This document shows positions 38,442-50,905 of a stretch of 64,000 bases of DNA, piece by piece (position 1 is the first letter of the stretch; each line of letters opens with the position of its first letter). The notes below the pieces were generated by a model. It was not told the origin of the DNA. It saw nothing but the letters and a program-made list of their open reading frames with translations, and did not search any database. The position numbers and the translations under genes are program-made. The DNA comes from Octopus vulgaris (Eukaryota): NCBI GenBank assembly GCA_951406725.2, contig OX597815.1:105710001-105774000 (forward strand), read 5' to 3'.

Positions 38442-41400
38442 ATGCCAAACAAACCAACACCACCACAACAACCCTCTTTTCAGGTGCTGAATAGCATCCC
38501 TCTGCCCCAAACCTCACCCCACATTTCCTTCCCAGTTTTCAGAGTTGGCACTGTTAATGTTGGCACAATGAAAGGTAGGGCTAGTGAGATTGTGGAGATG
38601 CTTGAAAGGAGACGGGTTGATGTATGCTGCGTACAAGAGGTAAGATGGAGAGGAGCTTCAGCTAGGGTCCTCACAGGCAAGGCACATAGGTACCAATTCT
38701 TCTGGCAAGGTAACATGGATGGTATAGGGGGTGTAGGCATTCTCCTCTCAGAGAAATGGGTGGATAAGATTATAGAGGTTGTTAGGGTATGCAATAGAGT
38801 ACTTAAGCTTAGGCTAGTAATGCTGAATAGCACAGTTACTATCATCTCCACCTACGCCCCACATGCAGGGCTGCCAAATGATCAGAAGGACCACTTTTAT
38901 GACACCCTTCTACAGGCTACCTCAAAGACAAGTGGCAATGACCACATCTTTGTGGCTGGAGACTTTAATGGGCATGTCAGGCGGGAAGCAGGTATCTACG
39001 CTGGGGTACACGGTGGCCATGGTATTGGCACTCAAAACTATGAGGGAACTAGGCTACTGGAATTCTGTGACGCATGTAACCTTCTAATCTGCAACACTAA
39101 CTTCAGGAAGCCAGACAGTCACCTGGTAACCTATCAATCAGGGGACTCTTCTAGCCAGATTGATTTCATCCTCACCAGACAGCGGGACACAGGGTTGCTC
39201 TTAAATGCAAAGACCCTCCTGGGTGAAGAACATACCCCCCAGCATAGGCTAGTCATTAGTGACTTTAGGCTCGAGGTCAGAAGGATACCAAGAAGCAAAC
39301 CAATCCAAAAAAGAAGGATTTGGAAGCTAAAGAACCCTTCACATGGTCAGAGATTTAGGGACATCCTCATCAAGAAATTTGAGGAGAGGGAGGAGGAGCT
39401 ACAGATGTCGGACATTGAAGGTAGCTGGAAATTCCTATGGGACAGCTTACTGAGCGCCACAGACCAAGTCTGTTGCTGGTGCAAAGTCCCTTCCAGACCT
39501 AGAGTTACGTGGTGGTGGAATAGTACAATAGACAAGGCCATCAGGGCAAAGAAATAGGCCTGGAAAGCCTGGAAGGATGGGGGTGGCAGGGAACGGTACC
39601 AGGTAGCCAGAAGAGAGGCTAGGCAGCAGGTATACATAGCCAAGAGTGTAGCAGAAAAGAAGTTTGCCAATGTCCAGAGACGTGAGGAACAAAGAACTGA
39701 GGTATTTCGGATTGCAAGACAGTGTGTAAGAGAAAATTGTGATGTCACAGGGGAGAAATGCATTTGAATGGATGATGGGGCACTTGCTTTTTGTGATTTT
39801 GAAAAGAAAGAGGCTTGGAGAAGCCACTATGAGAGACTGCTGAATGTGGAGAATGAATGGGAGGAGGAGAGCCTGCCAAATGTTGACCCAGTAGAGGGAC
39901 CAGCTATCCGAATAGACAGCTCCCTAGTAGTTAAGGCAATTAAGGGAATGAAGCCAGGTAAAGCCCCCGGCCCATCAGGAATCACTGCTGAGATGCTTAA
40001 AACATCTGGTGGTGTGGGCTACGGCCTAGTCACCCGCATTGTAAACCAAGTAGTTCAAGATGGAGTCATACCCAATGATTGGCGTAGCAGCACCATAGTC
40101 AACTGCTACAAGGGTAAAGGTGATGCTCTAGATAGAAATAACTACAGGGGTATTAAACTGTTGGATCAGGTGATGAAGGTCACAGAGAGGGTCATAACCC
40201 ATCTCATTAGGGAGAGAGTTAGCCTAGATGAGATGCAGTTTGGTTATGTGCCTGGCAGAAGCACCACTGATGCCATATTCATGGTTCGACAACTGCAGGA
40301 GAAATACTTAACTTTTGTGGACTTGGAGAAAGCCTTTGATAGGGTCCCACGATCCCTTATCTGGTGGGCGATGGGGAAACTGGAGATTGACGAATGGTTA
40401 ATAAGAGCTGTACAAGCTCTCTACAGAGAGGCTAGTAGTAAGGTTAGAATTGGCAATGAGTACAGTGAAGAATTCAGGGTAGAAGTTGGCGTCCACCAAG
40501 GCTCAGCCTCCTTCTATTCATCATAGTCCTCCAAGCAATAACAAAGGAATTTAAGATGGGTTGTCCCTCTATGCCGATGACCTAGCCCTTGTAGCAGAAT
40601 CGCTACCGGAGCTAAAGAAATTTCGTGTGTGGAAGCTAGGTTTAGAATCAAAAAGCCTTAGAGTCAATGTAGCAAAGACCAAAGTTCTAGTAAGTAGGAA
40701 GGCAAACTCACCACACACACCTTCAGGTAGGTGGCCCTGCTCGATCTGTAGAAAAGATGTAAGTAGAAACTCCATAAGATGTACCCAGTGCAAGCTATGG
40801 ACACATAAGAGGTGCAGCAATATCAAAGGAAAATTAACCGAGAAGATAGCTTTCGTGTGCGGCAGATGCACAGGGGCAATTGATACTCAGAAAACAGATT
40901 CCATTACACTCCTTGAGGAGGAACTAGAAGTAGTTGATAGTTTCTGCTACCTAGGTGACCAAGTTAGTAGCAGGGGTGGATGCTCAGAGAGCATTACCAC
41001 TAGAATAAGACTAGCTTGGGCAAAGTTTCAGAAGCTTCTCCCCCTACTGGCAACAAAGGGTCTCTCACTAAGAGTGAAAGGTAGGTTGTGCAATGCATGT
41101 GTGCGAACTGCCATGCTTCATGGCAGTGAAACGTGAGCTGTGACTGCGGAGGACATGCGTAGGCTTGAAAGAAATGAAGCTAGCATGATCCGCTGGATGT
41201 GTAATGTCAGTGTCCATGCACAACAGTGTAAGCATCCTGAGAGAAATGTTGGGCATAAGAAGCATTGGGTGCAGTGTGCAGGAGAGACGATTGCATTGGT
41301 ACGGTCATGTACTATGGATGGACAAGGAGAGATGTGTGAAGAAGTGCCACTCCCAAACTGTTGAAGGAACCCGGGGTAGAGGTAGACATAGGAAGACATG

Positions 41401-41512
41401 GGACGAGGTGGTCAAGTATGACCTTCGTACTTTGAGCCTCACAGAGGCTATGACGAAAGACCAAGACCTCTGGAGATATGCTGTGACTTCGAAGACCCGA
41501 CAAATGAAGTGA
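38442..41512 (+). pseudogene. RTE LINE ORF (APE endonuclease, RT, PHD-type finger), disrupted
   Basis: APE motifs TVNVGT, VQEVRW, AGDFNGH, QIDFIL and QHRLV. RT motifs KAPGPSG, QFGY, DLEKAFD, HQGS and YADD. Premature stops at about 39555, 39766 and 41134, with deletions or frameshifts near 40505-40620 and 41225. Confidence 0.95.
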
Positions 41513-42123
41513 GTTCATGGCTCACTGGACGGCCTTCTGTGCTAACCTTGGATCATAGAGTGACTCGCTGTTCTTGAGGATTCGAAGACCCGACAATTGA
41601 AGTGAGTTCATGCTCGCAGGACAGCCTGCTGTGCTAACCTTGGATCGTAGAGTGACTCGCTGTTCTTGAGGATTCGAAGACCCAACAAATGAAGTGAGTT
41701 CATGCTCGCAGGACAGCCTGCTGTGCTAACCTTGGATCGTAGAGTGACCCGCTGTTCTTGAGGAGACCTGTTAAGTCAAGTTCGTCAACATCAAAAATTC
41801 AAATGGTAAATGTAGTTAAGACACCAGTGCTGGTGACACGTAAAAGCACCGTTCGAGCGTAGCAGTTACTAGCGTCACCTGACTGGCGTCCGTGTCGGTG
41901 ACACATAAAAGCACCAACCGATTGTGGCCGTTTGCCAGCCTGTGGTGACACGTACAAAACACCCACTACATTCACGGAGTGGTTAGCGTTAGGAAGGGCA
42001 TCCAGCTGTAGAAACACTGCCAAATCAGACTGGAGCCTGGTGCAGCCTCCATGGCTTACCAGACCCCGGTCAAACCGTCCAACCCATGCTAGCATGGGAA
42101 ACGGACGTTAAATGATAATGATG
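38442..42123 (+). mobile_element. Near-full-length RTE LINE in CCDC171-like intron (5' boundary uncertain, may extend to about 37620)
   Basis: Complete domain order plus a 3' UTR ending aaacggacgttaaatgataatgatg. I could not find a TSD by eye. Confidence 0.9.
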
Positions 42124-43674
42124 TTACACCTTATTTCTTGTTTGTGTTTGATTGATTTAAATAGCTCTTTGGTATAAGTTCCTTCCATGGGCTGTGGAAT
42201 TAGGGGATACAAGTTCTTTGAGTGGCCAACAAACATGAAACATGTCAGCACAGTTCCCTTTATTTTTCTATGCACAACAAGAATAACAAGATATAATTTT
42301 ATCTGTTGAAAGTTTCATAAAAGGCCAAACAACTTTAAATTTATCTCAGATTTTCTCTTATCCACTGTTGTGCACACACACACACAAACACACACACAAA
42401 AACACATGCATGCATTTATTATATTATATTCATCTAATTCGTGGTCTCATGGAAAACAAATATAATCATTATCTCACTAAAATTCAAAGTTTCCAATGTT
42501 AGTGAAAATTGTACATTGTGGTGTTAAGCTTCCTTTTACCTAATGTAGGTTTCACTTCATTTCTGGTAACTGAAAGCTTGAAAATTGAAAAATGATATTA
42601 TTGTATCAATACAGAAAAGTAATTTTGTGTCATGCATGAAATGTAAATAAATCATGATGTCATCTTACTCACAAACATATATATCAATAAAGAAATACAG
42701 ACATATATATCAATAAAGAAGGAAGGTGATATATCATAACATTTTAATCTGCTTCTTTTTTTTTTTTTTTTGGCAACAGAATAGATATTACCATCAGCAT
42801 CATTATATTATGCACTTTTTCTATGCTGGTTTAGATGAACTGATTGTTTTAGTCCAAATCAGTTTTAATAGGGAGTTATCATCAGCCACTTCAATGTATT
42901 GGGTATTCTTTATTATAGCACCAGCCCTAGAGAGGTTGAATGTCTTCAAGAAGACTAAAAGATCCTATCAACTCTACATCATCTCCCTTCATTCTCCAAC
43001 TACAGGAACAATAGTGGAGCCTTAGTATTACTGATTTTGAGTGATTTGTTATGTCTAAAACTTCACAGGTACTTTCCTTATCTCTTTACTGGAATCTAAA
43101 GGTTTTGTTATCTTAGGTTTTGATTTTTTTCTCTCAGTATAATGATTCTCTTCATATTCAATTTGATTTTGCCCCCTTTCTATCTTGATATTGATAAGTA
43201 CTATTTTTCTAATGTTTCAGCTTAAATATAATTTTTGCCATTCACAAATTCTAATTTAAATTCTAAAAACTGCTTGAAAGAAAAATAATTTGACTCATCA
43301 TATAAAAAAAAATTTTCATCATGAAAAATTGATTCAGTTGGAGGAAACTGATTATCACTTCATATTCCATGGATTTCATCTGAAGGGAAGGGATTTGATC
43401 AACAACAAGATCATTACACAGGTGTCATCCTAAACTAACCAGAAGAGTGTTGTTGTTTTTTATACCAAAACATATGTAACGGTTAAAGGAGTTCTAAAAA
43501 TATTATTCCCAATGCCTGTCATTCAATTTCTGAATAGGTTAAATATAATTATTGTTATACTTGGGGATGGTCATATTTTACCAATTAAACACACTTACTG
43601 TATATATATATATGGTCTTCAGTTCAGCTTTATTTTTATTATAATTTTAGTTTCTTTGTCAAAGCTCTTTTCTT

Positions 43675-43827
43675 ACACATCCTCTGACTGCTTCAATGAC
43701 TCTTTATCCCATGTGTCTTCCCTTGTTCTGCTTATTCCACTTTGTCATTCTGAAAGACAAAATTAAATAAATAGAACAAGAGAAGACACATGGAATAAAG
43801 AGTTGTTGAAGAGATCGCAGGATGTGT
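43675..43827. repeat. Long imperfect inverted repeat (hairpin)
   Basis: acacatcctctgactgcttcaatgactctttatcccatgtgtcttcccttgttct pairs with agaacaagagaagacacatggaataaagagttgttgaagagatcgcaggatgtgt. An inner tttgtc/gacaaa stem extends it. Confidence 0.8.
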
Positions 43828-44334
43828 GACAAGCTATGTCCATCCCTAAGTATAACAATATCTGTTTCAACACACAATTTCATATCAAGAAACTTGAAAA
43901 ACAAATACATTAAATGTAATTCTCCAACCAATATCAATATCTAGTTATATTTTTATTATGCTTCTTGGTTCAAATTTTGCTGATCATAAAACTAAGTGTT
44001 ACAGGGTGGGCCAAAACTGTACCACTGGCTGGTTGGGCTAAAGTAGCAAACACTCCTAGGGCTACCTTGATTTACAATTTGTAGAGGTAGCACCACCCCA
44101 CCCCTTCCCCTAGGAGAATGTCTATAAGCCAGAAATCTACATGGACACAAGCACAGAAATTCACATTTATTAATATAGATATATGCATATATGAATTCAT
44201 TGTTTTTTAGAGGTTTCTTTTTGTTTGCTCTTGAGTTGGAAGAAATTGCACACCTTTTTTTTTGTTTTATATATAAACTAGAAAGATGTGGATACATGGG
44301 CAAAAGTTAACATTTATTAATATATATATACATT

Positions 44335-44392
<58 letters not shown>

Positions 44393-45501
44393 CACACACA
44401 CACACACTCACACAGGCGTGTGTACACACAGCATTAGATTTTATTATTTCTCTTATTTCTTCTCTTCAGAAAACTTTCAAATGAAATAATTGAATTTCTC
44501 TCTACTATTTATAATAACATCCTTTTAAATATGGAAAGTTAGTGCTTCTTCGTTTCCAGTGATACATGAAAGTGAAAGTATTTATGTTGCCAAATGTATG
44601 TGTTTTCCAGGTCAAAAAATAAGTGTTTTTCCTTTGTCAGAAAAAATGGAAGTGTTTTATGAGCTATTACTTTAATGCACATCATGTCATACACCCAATA
44701 ATGCAGGAGCTCAATTACTTGCAAGAGATAGAATTTCTTTGGAAAAAATGTGTTTGCAATGACAGTTTCTTACAACAAACGCTATTGATAAATCTCCACA
44801 GGTATCAATCTGTAGGATGCAAGTCTTCACTAAGCTTTACATTCTCATAACAACCAGGACTAAGTCAAATGTAATGAAGGACACCATCACTTTGCAGAAC
44901 AGTATCTGCATCTCATGTATTTGTTGCTTATCATTGTCTCGTCTGTTAACTTTCAGTACACCTGAGAGGTTAATAGCTATTCTTTGCTAACATAGGAATT
45001 TAATTAAAATATTTGGTGGATCTCACTTCAGTAATGACAACCTCATACCAGACACTTCCATAGTATCTAACCTGCTGTCTGTCATTTTTTAATAGTGTCA
45101 TTTTGACTTCCACTTACTGATCTTTAAACCACCTAGTTTTCACTTTCACTTTCAAGAGGCCTTGCAAATGAAGAAATACTGATGTCTTTTTTTCATCATC
45201 ATCATCATCATTTAACCACTGTTTTCCATGCTAGCATGGGTTGACCGATTTGACTGAGATCTGGAGAGCCAGCGGCTGCACCAGGCCCCAATCTGATCTG
45301 GCAATGTTTCTACAGCTGGATGCCCTTCGTAATGCCAACCATTCTGAGAGTGTAGTTGTCAAAACTACTTTTTTTTAAGCCTGGTACTTATTTTATTGGT
45401 CTCTTTTTACCAAAATGCTAAGTTATGGGGACATAAACAAACCAACACTTGTTGTCAAGCAGTGAGGGTGGCAAATACAAATACAAAAACATGCTCACAT
45501 A

Positions 45502-46401
45502 CAAGGTGGTATCAAGAAGTTGCAGGACTAGTTATGTTTAATAAAAAAATAACTTATTTCCTTAAGTTTTAACATCATATCCTTCAAAATAGTCACCTTA
45601 TGCAGCAATACACTAGTCCCAGCATTCTTGTCACTTCTGGAATCCAGCCTGAAAGTTGTTTTCCCTAAGCGAGTCAAGGACCTTTTGCAATTAACTCTGG
45701 ATCTTGACTACAGTGTTATAACAGCAGCCTTTGAGCTGCATTTTTGTATCTTGGGGAAGATCTGGTGCTAAATCTAGCAAATAGGGCAGAAGCGATTCCA
45801 TGTTGTTTTGGTGAGAAATTCACAAATGAGGAGAAACCAGTGACAAGGTGCATTGTTGTCATGAAAAATCTAATACTTCACGCTCCACAGATCCAGTTGC
45901 TTTCATCAAATGTCCTCCCTCAAACACTTCAAAACATCACAGTAGAACTCTTGATTGACGGTCTTGTCCTAGGGGTGGAATTCTCGATGCACAATACCAC
46001 ATTTCCAGGAGTGACACTTGTGGCAGGTCTTCCAAATACTCATTGTTTTCCAAGGACATTTTTATACTTTTTAAGTGTCTCTCACAACATTGCGTACAAC
46101 TTTGCCACTGTAAGCTTACCGAAGTATGCTCAATGTCTCTGTAGCAGACTTTCGAAATTTAACACAAAGTTTCACATTGGCTCTTTGTTCCTGTTCATGA
46201 CAAAATCACAGACTACAACATGCACATGATCACAAAAGCATAAATTTCATAACTTGCGAAGTAAACACAGCAATGTCACTTATGTCACTTGGCACACTGT
46301 CTCGTGAAGGTCACTGCTAGCTCTCACTGTACATGCAACCATGTGTTGCCATCTGTTGGCACACTACAGAACTAGTCTGAGAACATTTTGATACCACCTC
46401 A
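45502..46401 (-). mobile_element. mariner (DD34D-like) internally deleted element nested in a SINE
   Basis: TIRs caaggtggtatcaagaagttgcaggactagtt and aactagtctgagaacattttgataccacctca with TA flanks. Minus remnants read HDNNAPCH and FQK*QECWD*CIAA*GDYFEG. SINE halves lie on both sides. Confidence 0.85.
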
Positions 46402-46823
46402 TATATATATGTGTGTGGGTGTGTATACAACGGGCTTCTTTTCATTTCTGTCCATCAAATCCACTCACAAGAATATACTCAACCTGGGGCTGTCATAGAA
46501 AACAATTTCCCAAGGTGCCACACAGTGGGACTAAGCCCACACTTCTGACCACACAACCATGCCTGTGTCTATATGAGTTTATTTATTAGAGCATTATTAA
46601 AATGATTATTACTGTAGAGTCTAAGCAATGATAATTGTTTATTTCATTAGAGGTTTCAATGTAGTGAAATTAGCATGTGTCTCCACATCATGTCTCCACA
46701 CCTCATCTAATGCATCTCCCTGCTTATCATTTAATTTGGCTCAAGCAAGCTATCAAGCAATATTGAATTGAATTCAATCAGCTCGTAGCCAATTTTCACT
46801 TAGCACATTGTGTCAGTGAATAC

Positions 46824-46868
46824 TTGCTACTGATGAAGCTCAAAGAAGCAGAAATCTGGATTTAACAA
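46824..46868 (+). ncRNA. Candidate minimal type I hammerhead ribozyme
   Basis: ttgcta-CTGATGA-agctcaaagaagca-GAAA-tctgga-T-T-taacaa. Both catalytic boxes are intact, and stems I, II and III each have a mismatch. Confidence 0.45.
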
Positions 46869-49114
46869 TCTCAATGCCCCTGCTGGATGATCTTTGCTTG
46901 TAAGTGATGCTTTCTCAAGAAAAATACCACAGTTTAGAAGGCTTTCAACAGTAGATATGCTTCAAGTAAGATATACACATTGCTAATATGTATATATATA
47001 TACCAACAGAATTGTGTTGCTGTGACTGAAATAGGTATGTTTGTTAAAAATAATATATACATTGTGTCAAACCAAGCAACCGATGCCTGCATGGAAAATG
47101 GAATTAAATGATGATGGTGATGATTGAAATGATAAATTTATGCAGAATTATCATGGTTTTCATTCAAGAAATTGATCATCAACTGCATTGTTTATTTTCC
47201 AAGCAATGATATATTTTCCTTAGTGAATGTTTGTGTATCAAGTAATGGGTACAAACAACAAAATTATATAAATTACACAGCAAATCAAAATTTAGTCCTC
47301 ATTAGCTATCTCACCAAATATTCTAGCTATTTCAATACCTTGAGCTAGAACTGCTGTCTTAGTAGCATCAACAATCTATTCAGTATAGCTGTAAGGTTAT
47401 TGATACAATAGAGACAAGCCAAAAACTTATTGAAGTCTTGGTGACTGGAACAGAAAAAGCAAGGACAGGGAAAGAAATTATGGTTAAGACTAGTAGCTAG
47501 AATAAAAAGGAAAATGGAATTTGATGAAATTAGATAAAACAAGTTTTTCAATAAAATAAAGCATTATTCAATTGCAATGAAACTACAACTGGCAAAACAC
47601 AATGCAAAAATGCAACAAGTATGACATGGAAGGAAAAACATGATTAAATGTCCTTAGGCAAATTATGAAGAGTAAAAAGAATATATTCACTCACTTGGTG
47701 AGCAGAAAGGTAAGAGCAGTATGGGGATACACTAGAAACATGAAGTGGCAAGCTGGGAATGGATGGAGGGAGATTGGATAGGTAAGAATGAGATAACACG
47801 GAAGAAATGAGAGAAAAGATAATGTGTGTATGTGTAGATATCCTTGTATATATGTGTGTGTACATGTATGTATATGTGTGTGTGTGTATATATATATATA
47901 TTTTACAATAAACACATACATGTGCATGTGTGTGATTATATTGGGGTTCTTACAATTTTGTGTTAGTGTGCATGATTTCCAGGTTTTTTTTTTTATATTT
48001 TCTGTTTCTTAAATTTATTGTAATTTAAATTTTTATTTTAGTTTTGTTTTATTTATTTAAAATGTTTCTCTTCTGATAAAGAATTGTTAGTTAATTAATT
48101 TTACAGAGTTAATTATACAAGCAGACATCTGTAAATTAATGGTATATTGTCATTGTTGTTGTTGTTTAGTTTGAATAAGAAAGATCTAACCTAGCTTATT
48201 TAGCTATTAGTAAGATGGTGTCATAATACTGATTTTAACATTTAACATGGAACTTGAAGAATTAGAGTGAAAAGATGATTCTACATTATTGGAATCCTCA
48301 AAATGAAGGACAGTTTGTAAGGCTTGGTATAATGTTTAAAGAGGAGAAATAACGACTGTGAAGAATCTCAGAATGAGTCCAGTGAGTAACAGACTTGACT
48401 ATAATCTGTAAAGTAACAATAGAAGAGAAATGGTTCACAGCAGAATGATATATATCAGAGATTGAAAATACCTTGTTATGGTTGATTTGTAGATTAGAAA
48501 TATGTGGTATAGAATTGAATGTGTGGTTGATCATCTCCAATATTTTATCGAAAGTACCAGACAAATACTGGGATCAATAGTAATTACTAGTTGCCAATCT
48601 TTCCATCCTGAAGATGCAGTCTGGCTTTATAGTAATATTTATATGCATCTACTATTGGTTGCATATCTTTCACTTTTTGCACATTCCATCTGCCAATATT
48701 ATAATTTTGAGCCTCCAGAAACAGCTATCAGACCTGAAATGCCATGCCCTCTCCCCTTAGTTTTCTGTGTTTTTTGTACTCCAAACAAATTTGTTCTGTA
48801 AGTATATGAGATTATGCATGAGTGTTCATCTGAAGAATATTTTCAGTTTTTGCTTCTCTCTACGTATATATCCCTATATATATTTATATGTATGTATGTA
48901 TGCATGCATGTATGTATATTTTATGTTTCAAGCCCAAGTGTGTTTATTTGCATCACTATCTCCATATCAGTTCACCTGGATTCCTCTTACAGCCACTCTT
49001 TACCTCACTGACTTAGTCCTCGATAATGTCTTTGGAGTGTAAGTTCAAATCATTTGAGTGCTACTACATGTTTTCTGTATTAGGCATCTCTGGATCGATC
49101 TCTCTCTCTCTCAT

Positions 49115-49690
49115 ATCATCATCATTGTTTAATGTCCGTTTTCCATACTGGCATGGGTTGGGCAGTTTGACTGTGGTCTGCAGAACCAGCAGCTGCACCA
49201 GGTTCCAATCTGTTCTGGCAATGTTTCTACAGCCAGATGCCCTTCCCAATGCCAACCACTCTGAGAGTGTAGCGGGTGCTTTTTACATGCCACTGGCATG
49301 GGAGCCAGTCAGGTGAACTTGGCATTGACCACGTTCAGATGGTGCTTTTTACATGCCACCAACATGGGACTCAGCAGGTCTTCTCAAGCATATCATATCA
49401 TCCAACACATCAGGAGTATGCTTAACAGAGCCAGGCATGTGTGGCTATGATCTCAATTTAGTTGCTGAGTCTTCTCAATTACTGCATGTCTCTAAAGGTC
49501 CCAGTCTCCTGTCATTGCATCTATGAGGCCCAATGTTCAAAGGTCATGCTTCACTACATCATCCAATGTCTTCCTGGGTCTACCTCTTCTACAGTTTCCT
49601 TCTACAGTTAGGAAGTGGCACTTCCTCACACAGCTGTCTTCATTCTTACGTAACACATGACCATACCAATGCAGATGCCTCTCTTGCACA
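49115..49690 (-). mobile_element. RTE LINE 3' fragment
   Basis: Minus ORF reads QERHLHWYGHVLRKNEDSCVRKCHFLTVEGNCRRGRPRKT, followed by the 3' UTR and (CAT)n. Confidence 0.9.
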
Positions 49691-50730
49691 CACATACATA
49701 CACACACACACACACATATATATATATACATGCAGTTTCTATCTACCAAATCTACTTACAAAGCTCTGGTCACCTGGGACTATTGAATATACTGGCCCAA
49801 TGCAGTGGGACTGAACCTAAAACCATGTGGAATAGGAGCAAACTTCTCAACCATACATCGCTAAACCATGCCCATCTGAAAATATATAATCTTATTGATA
49901 TTGTGGTCTTGTGATTTTTTCATGTTATAATATTGTAATATTGTGCTGTAATATTATCATGTTATGATGCTAGGCTATAATCTTGTAATGTTATATTGTT
50001 GTATTGCTCTGAAACTATCATGTTATGGTGTTCATGTTTGTATTTGTGCTATTAGTGAACTCAACTCCTTACTACTTATTACAGTGGGTAGTATCTTGAT
50101 TATATTGTCATAATCATTATCCTCATCATCCCTGTTGTTTAGCTCCAGGTCAGTTCTGATTCAGAAGACCAAATCACTGCATCAAAAATATACCAGGCAC
50201 AAACATTAACCTGTTTTTTCCAAAATATATTGTGTCTCAGACTATATTCTATAATGTGTTCTTCAATCTTTTTTCGTTAAGATAGTAAGTAGGCAGTAGT
50301 TTGAGACTAGTTTGGCTACTATTTCTAGCAGGTTATAGATATAGAGGTGCCCATCTTTGTTTCATCATCAGTGCTATTGTTGTTGTTACTGTCATCATTG
50401 CGTTACTTCTATTGTCATTTTTTACAGCACTTTTACTTTCATTATCACCACCACTACTATTCCACCCACCACCACCTTCAATGCCACCATTACTTCCATC
50501 AACACCACCATTTCCACCACCTTCACTATCAACGCTATCCTCAACATCATCATTATCACTATCACTACTGTCATTACCATCATCATAAAAAGTGTATTAC
50601 TATCCTAGTGTAGTTTAAATAAAAGAAATTGTGTATAACACCATCATGCAATTTCATCTTCATCATTCACTTCTTTGTTTACCTTCCTCCTCCTCTTTAT
50701 TTCGTTCTAACTTTCCACTTTCACTTTCAG

Positions 50731-50905
50731 TTGACTACAAAAGCAAGTGAAATTGCCAAATTGCAGTCTGAACTTGAGAAAAGTGAAGCAGAACGCCAGA
50801 ATCTTGAGTATGAATTACTGAAGGTGATACAAGACCAAAAGCTGGCATCAGACCACGCTGCTAAATTGAATACCAAACTTGAAACAGAAAACTCAAAACT
50901 TAAAG
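50731..50905 (+). CDS. CCDC171: CCDC171-like exon (LTTKASEIAKLQSELEKSEAERQNLEYELLKVIQDQKLASDHAAKLNTKLETENSKLK)
   Basis: Branch-like CTAAC plus ctttcAG acceptor (50729-30), and GTAAC donor at 50906. Phase 0 in, phase 1 out. Heptad coiled coil. IAKLQSELEKSEAERQNLEYEL closely resembles the recalled CCDC171 motif [22 protein letters not shown]. Confidence 0.85.

Noticed and set aside
45744-46229. 161-aa plus-strand ORF
   Set aside because: It is antisense to the decayed mariner transposase and is not an independent gene.
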